From: Promethearchaeota archaeon
GTDB taxonomy: Archaea > Asgardarchaeota > Lokiarchaeia > Sigyniarchaeales > SOKP01
Direction: 5' to 3'
NCBI GenBank assembly: GCA_016839555.1
Contig: JAEOUA010000010.1
Coordinates: 440,142-504,141, forward strand
DNA length: 64,000 nucleotides
The translations under genes were made by a program, and so were the position numbers. This document shows, one piece after another, positions 63,175 to 64,000 of this stretch (position 1 is the first letter of the stretch; the number at the start of each line of letters is the position of its first letter). The notes under the pieces were generated by a model. The model searched no databases, was not told the origin of the DNA, and was given only the letters and a program-made list of their open reading frames with translations.

Positions 63175-63861
63175 TTGAATTGTCCATACTGTGGCGAAAA
63201 AATAGAACCCCCTAATTTAAAAGTGTGCCCGTTTTGTAGAACCAAATTAGATATCCCCAGTGAAGATTCTCAACCGAAACAAGATTATAATCTTGCCGAT
63301 TTAATGCAGATGGTCACCGCTCATTCTGCTCAAGAACCCTATCAATCTGATAGATATTATAGTTCATCCCACGAACTTTTATCGAAAGAAATACAACCGC
63401 ATGCTACAAACTTAAAAACGAGTTTTGCTTTTTCTTTAACTTCTTTTCTCATTCCGACAATTCTTGTTATTATAGGAATTCCTTTGGTATATCATATTTT
63501 TTCATCCATCATCCAAGAACAAAATTGGCTGGCATTGCTGCTCTACCTCTCAGATCCAGATTTCCAAGATCGGACACTGTTTCCTACTCCCCAATACACA
63601 CTTTCGGAGGACTTAAAGATGATGGCAGATATTGTGGGAATAATGTTTGTTATGCTAAGCATAGCGGGAATGATCTTAGGAATTATTTCCAAAAAAATGA
63701 GAAATAAAAGTAATAAGCTAAATATTGCTTTTTCAAGAATTGGAAATATATTCTCAATGCTTGGAATTATTTCAAGTATAATAGGGATGATAATTGGTGG
63801 AATCTTATTATATGTTCCTTATTATCTTGTGAGATTAAATATCTATTCGCCATTTATGTAA
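63175..63861 (+). CDS. Zinc-ribbon domain membrane protein
   Basis: CPYCG....CPFC N-terminus followed by 3 TM helices. Confidence 0.75.
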   Translation: MNCPYCGEKIEPPNLKVCPFCRTKLDIPSEDSQPKQDYNLADLMQMVTAHSAQEPYQSDRYYSSSHELLSKEIQPHATNLKTSFAFSLTSFLIPTILVIIGIPLVYHIFSSIIQEQNWLALLLYLSDPDFQDRTLFPTPQYTLSEDLKMMADIVGIMFVMLSIAGMILGIISKKMRNKSNKLNIAFSRIGNIFSMLGIISSIIGMIIGGILLYVPYYLVRLNIYSPFM

Positions 63862-64000
63862 TATCTACACATGAAAATAAAATTCCATAATAAATTTGAT
63901 TATTCTAATTTTTTCGATTTAGTAAGGACTAAAATAATGAGTAATGAATACTTGTATAAAATTAAACTTTAATTTCTATATCATATCTATAAAGATTCAA

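Noticed and set aside
1-64000. CRISPR arrays, transposases, integrases, rRNA
   Set aside because: No regularly spaced repeats, recombinase/transposase motifs or GC-rich rRNA-like tracts seen.

Overview
Very AT-rich archaeal chromosomal segment, most consistent with an Asgard (Lokiarchaeia-like) genome. This assignment is an inference from Alba, UPF0147, an archaeosortase, HdrA-MvhD-FrhB, tungsten-type AORs, an intron-containing tRNA and GGTGA/GGAGG ribosome-binding sites. It holds about 50 genes, mainly carbohydrate and peptide catabolism (CE15, GH3, GH4, GH38-like, clan-D-like GH, sialidase-like propeller, sulfatase, FGGY kinase, GPH transporters, IlvD, RraA, M20/M42 peptidases) and anaerobic redox enzymes. 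No CRISPR array, transposase or prophage is visible. The main discovery is a histone-deacetylase-family gene, split into two ORFs in the track, that is interrupted in its Zn-binding motif by a 30-nt stop-containing insert (7123-7152). The insert folds into a canonical bulge-helix-bulge (BHB), and cleavage at the standard splicing-endonuclease positions restores DFDLHTGDGN exactly, which points to a tRNA-type intron in an mRNA. A tRNA-Pro(CGG) in the same window carries a 30-nt BHB intron at non-canonical position 58/59. Two genes also appear to start at AUA.
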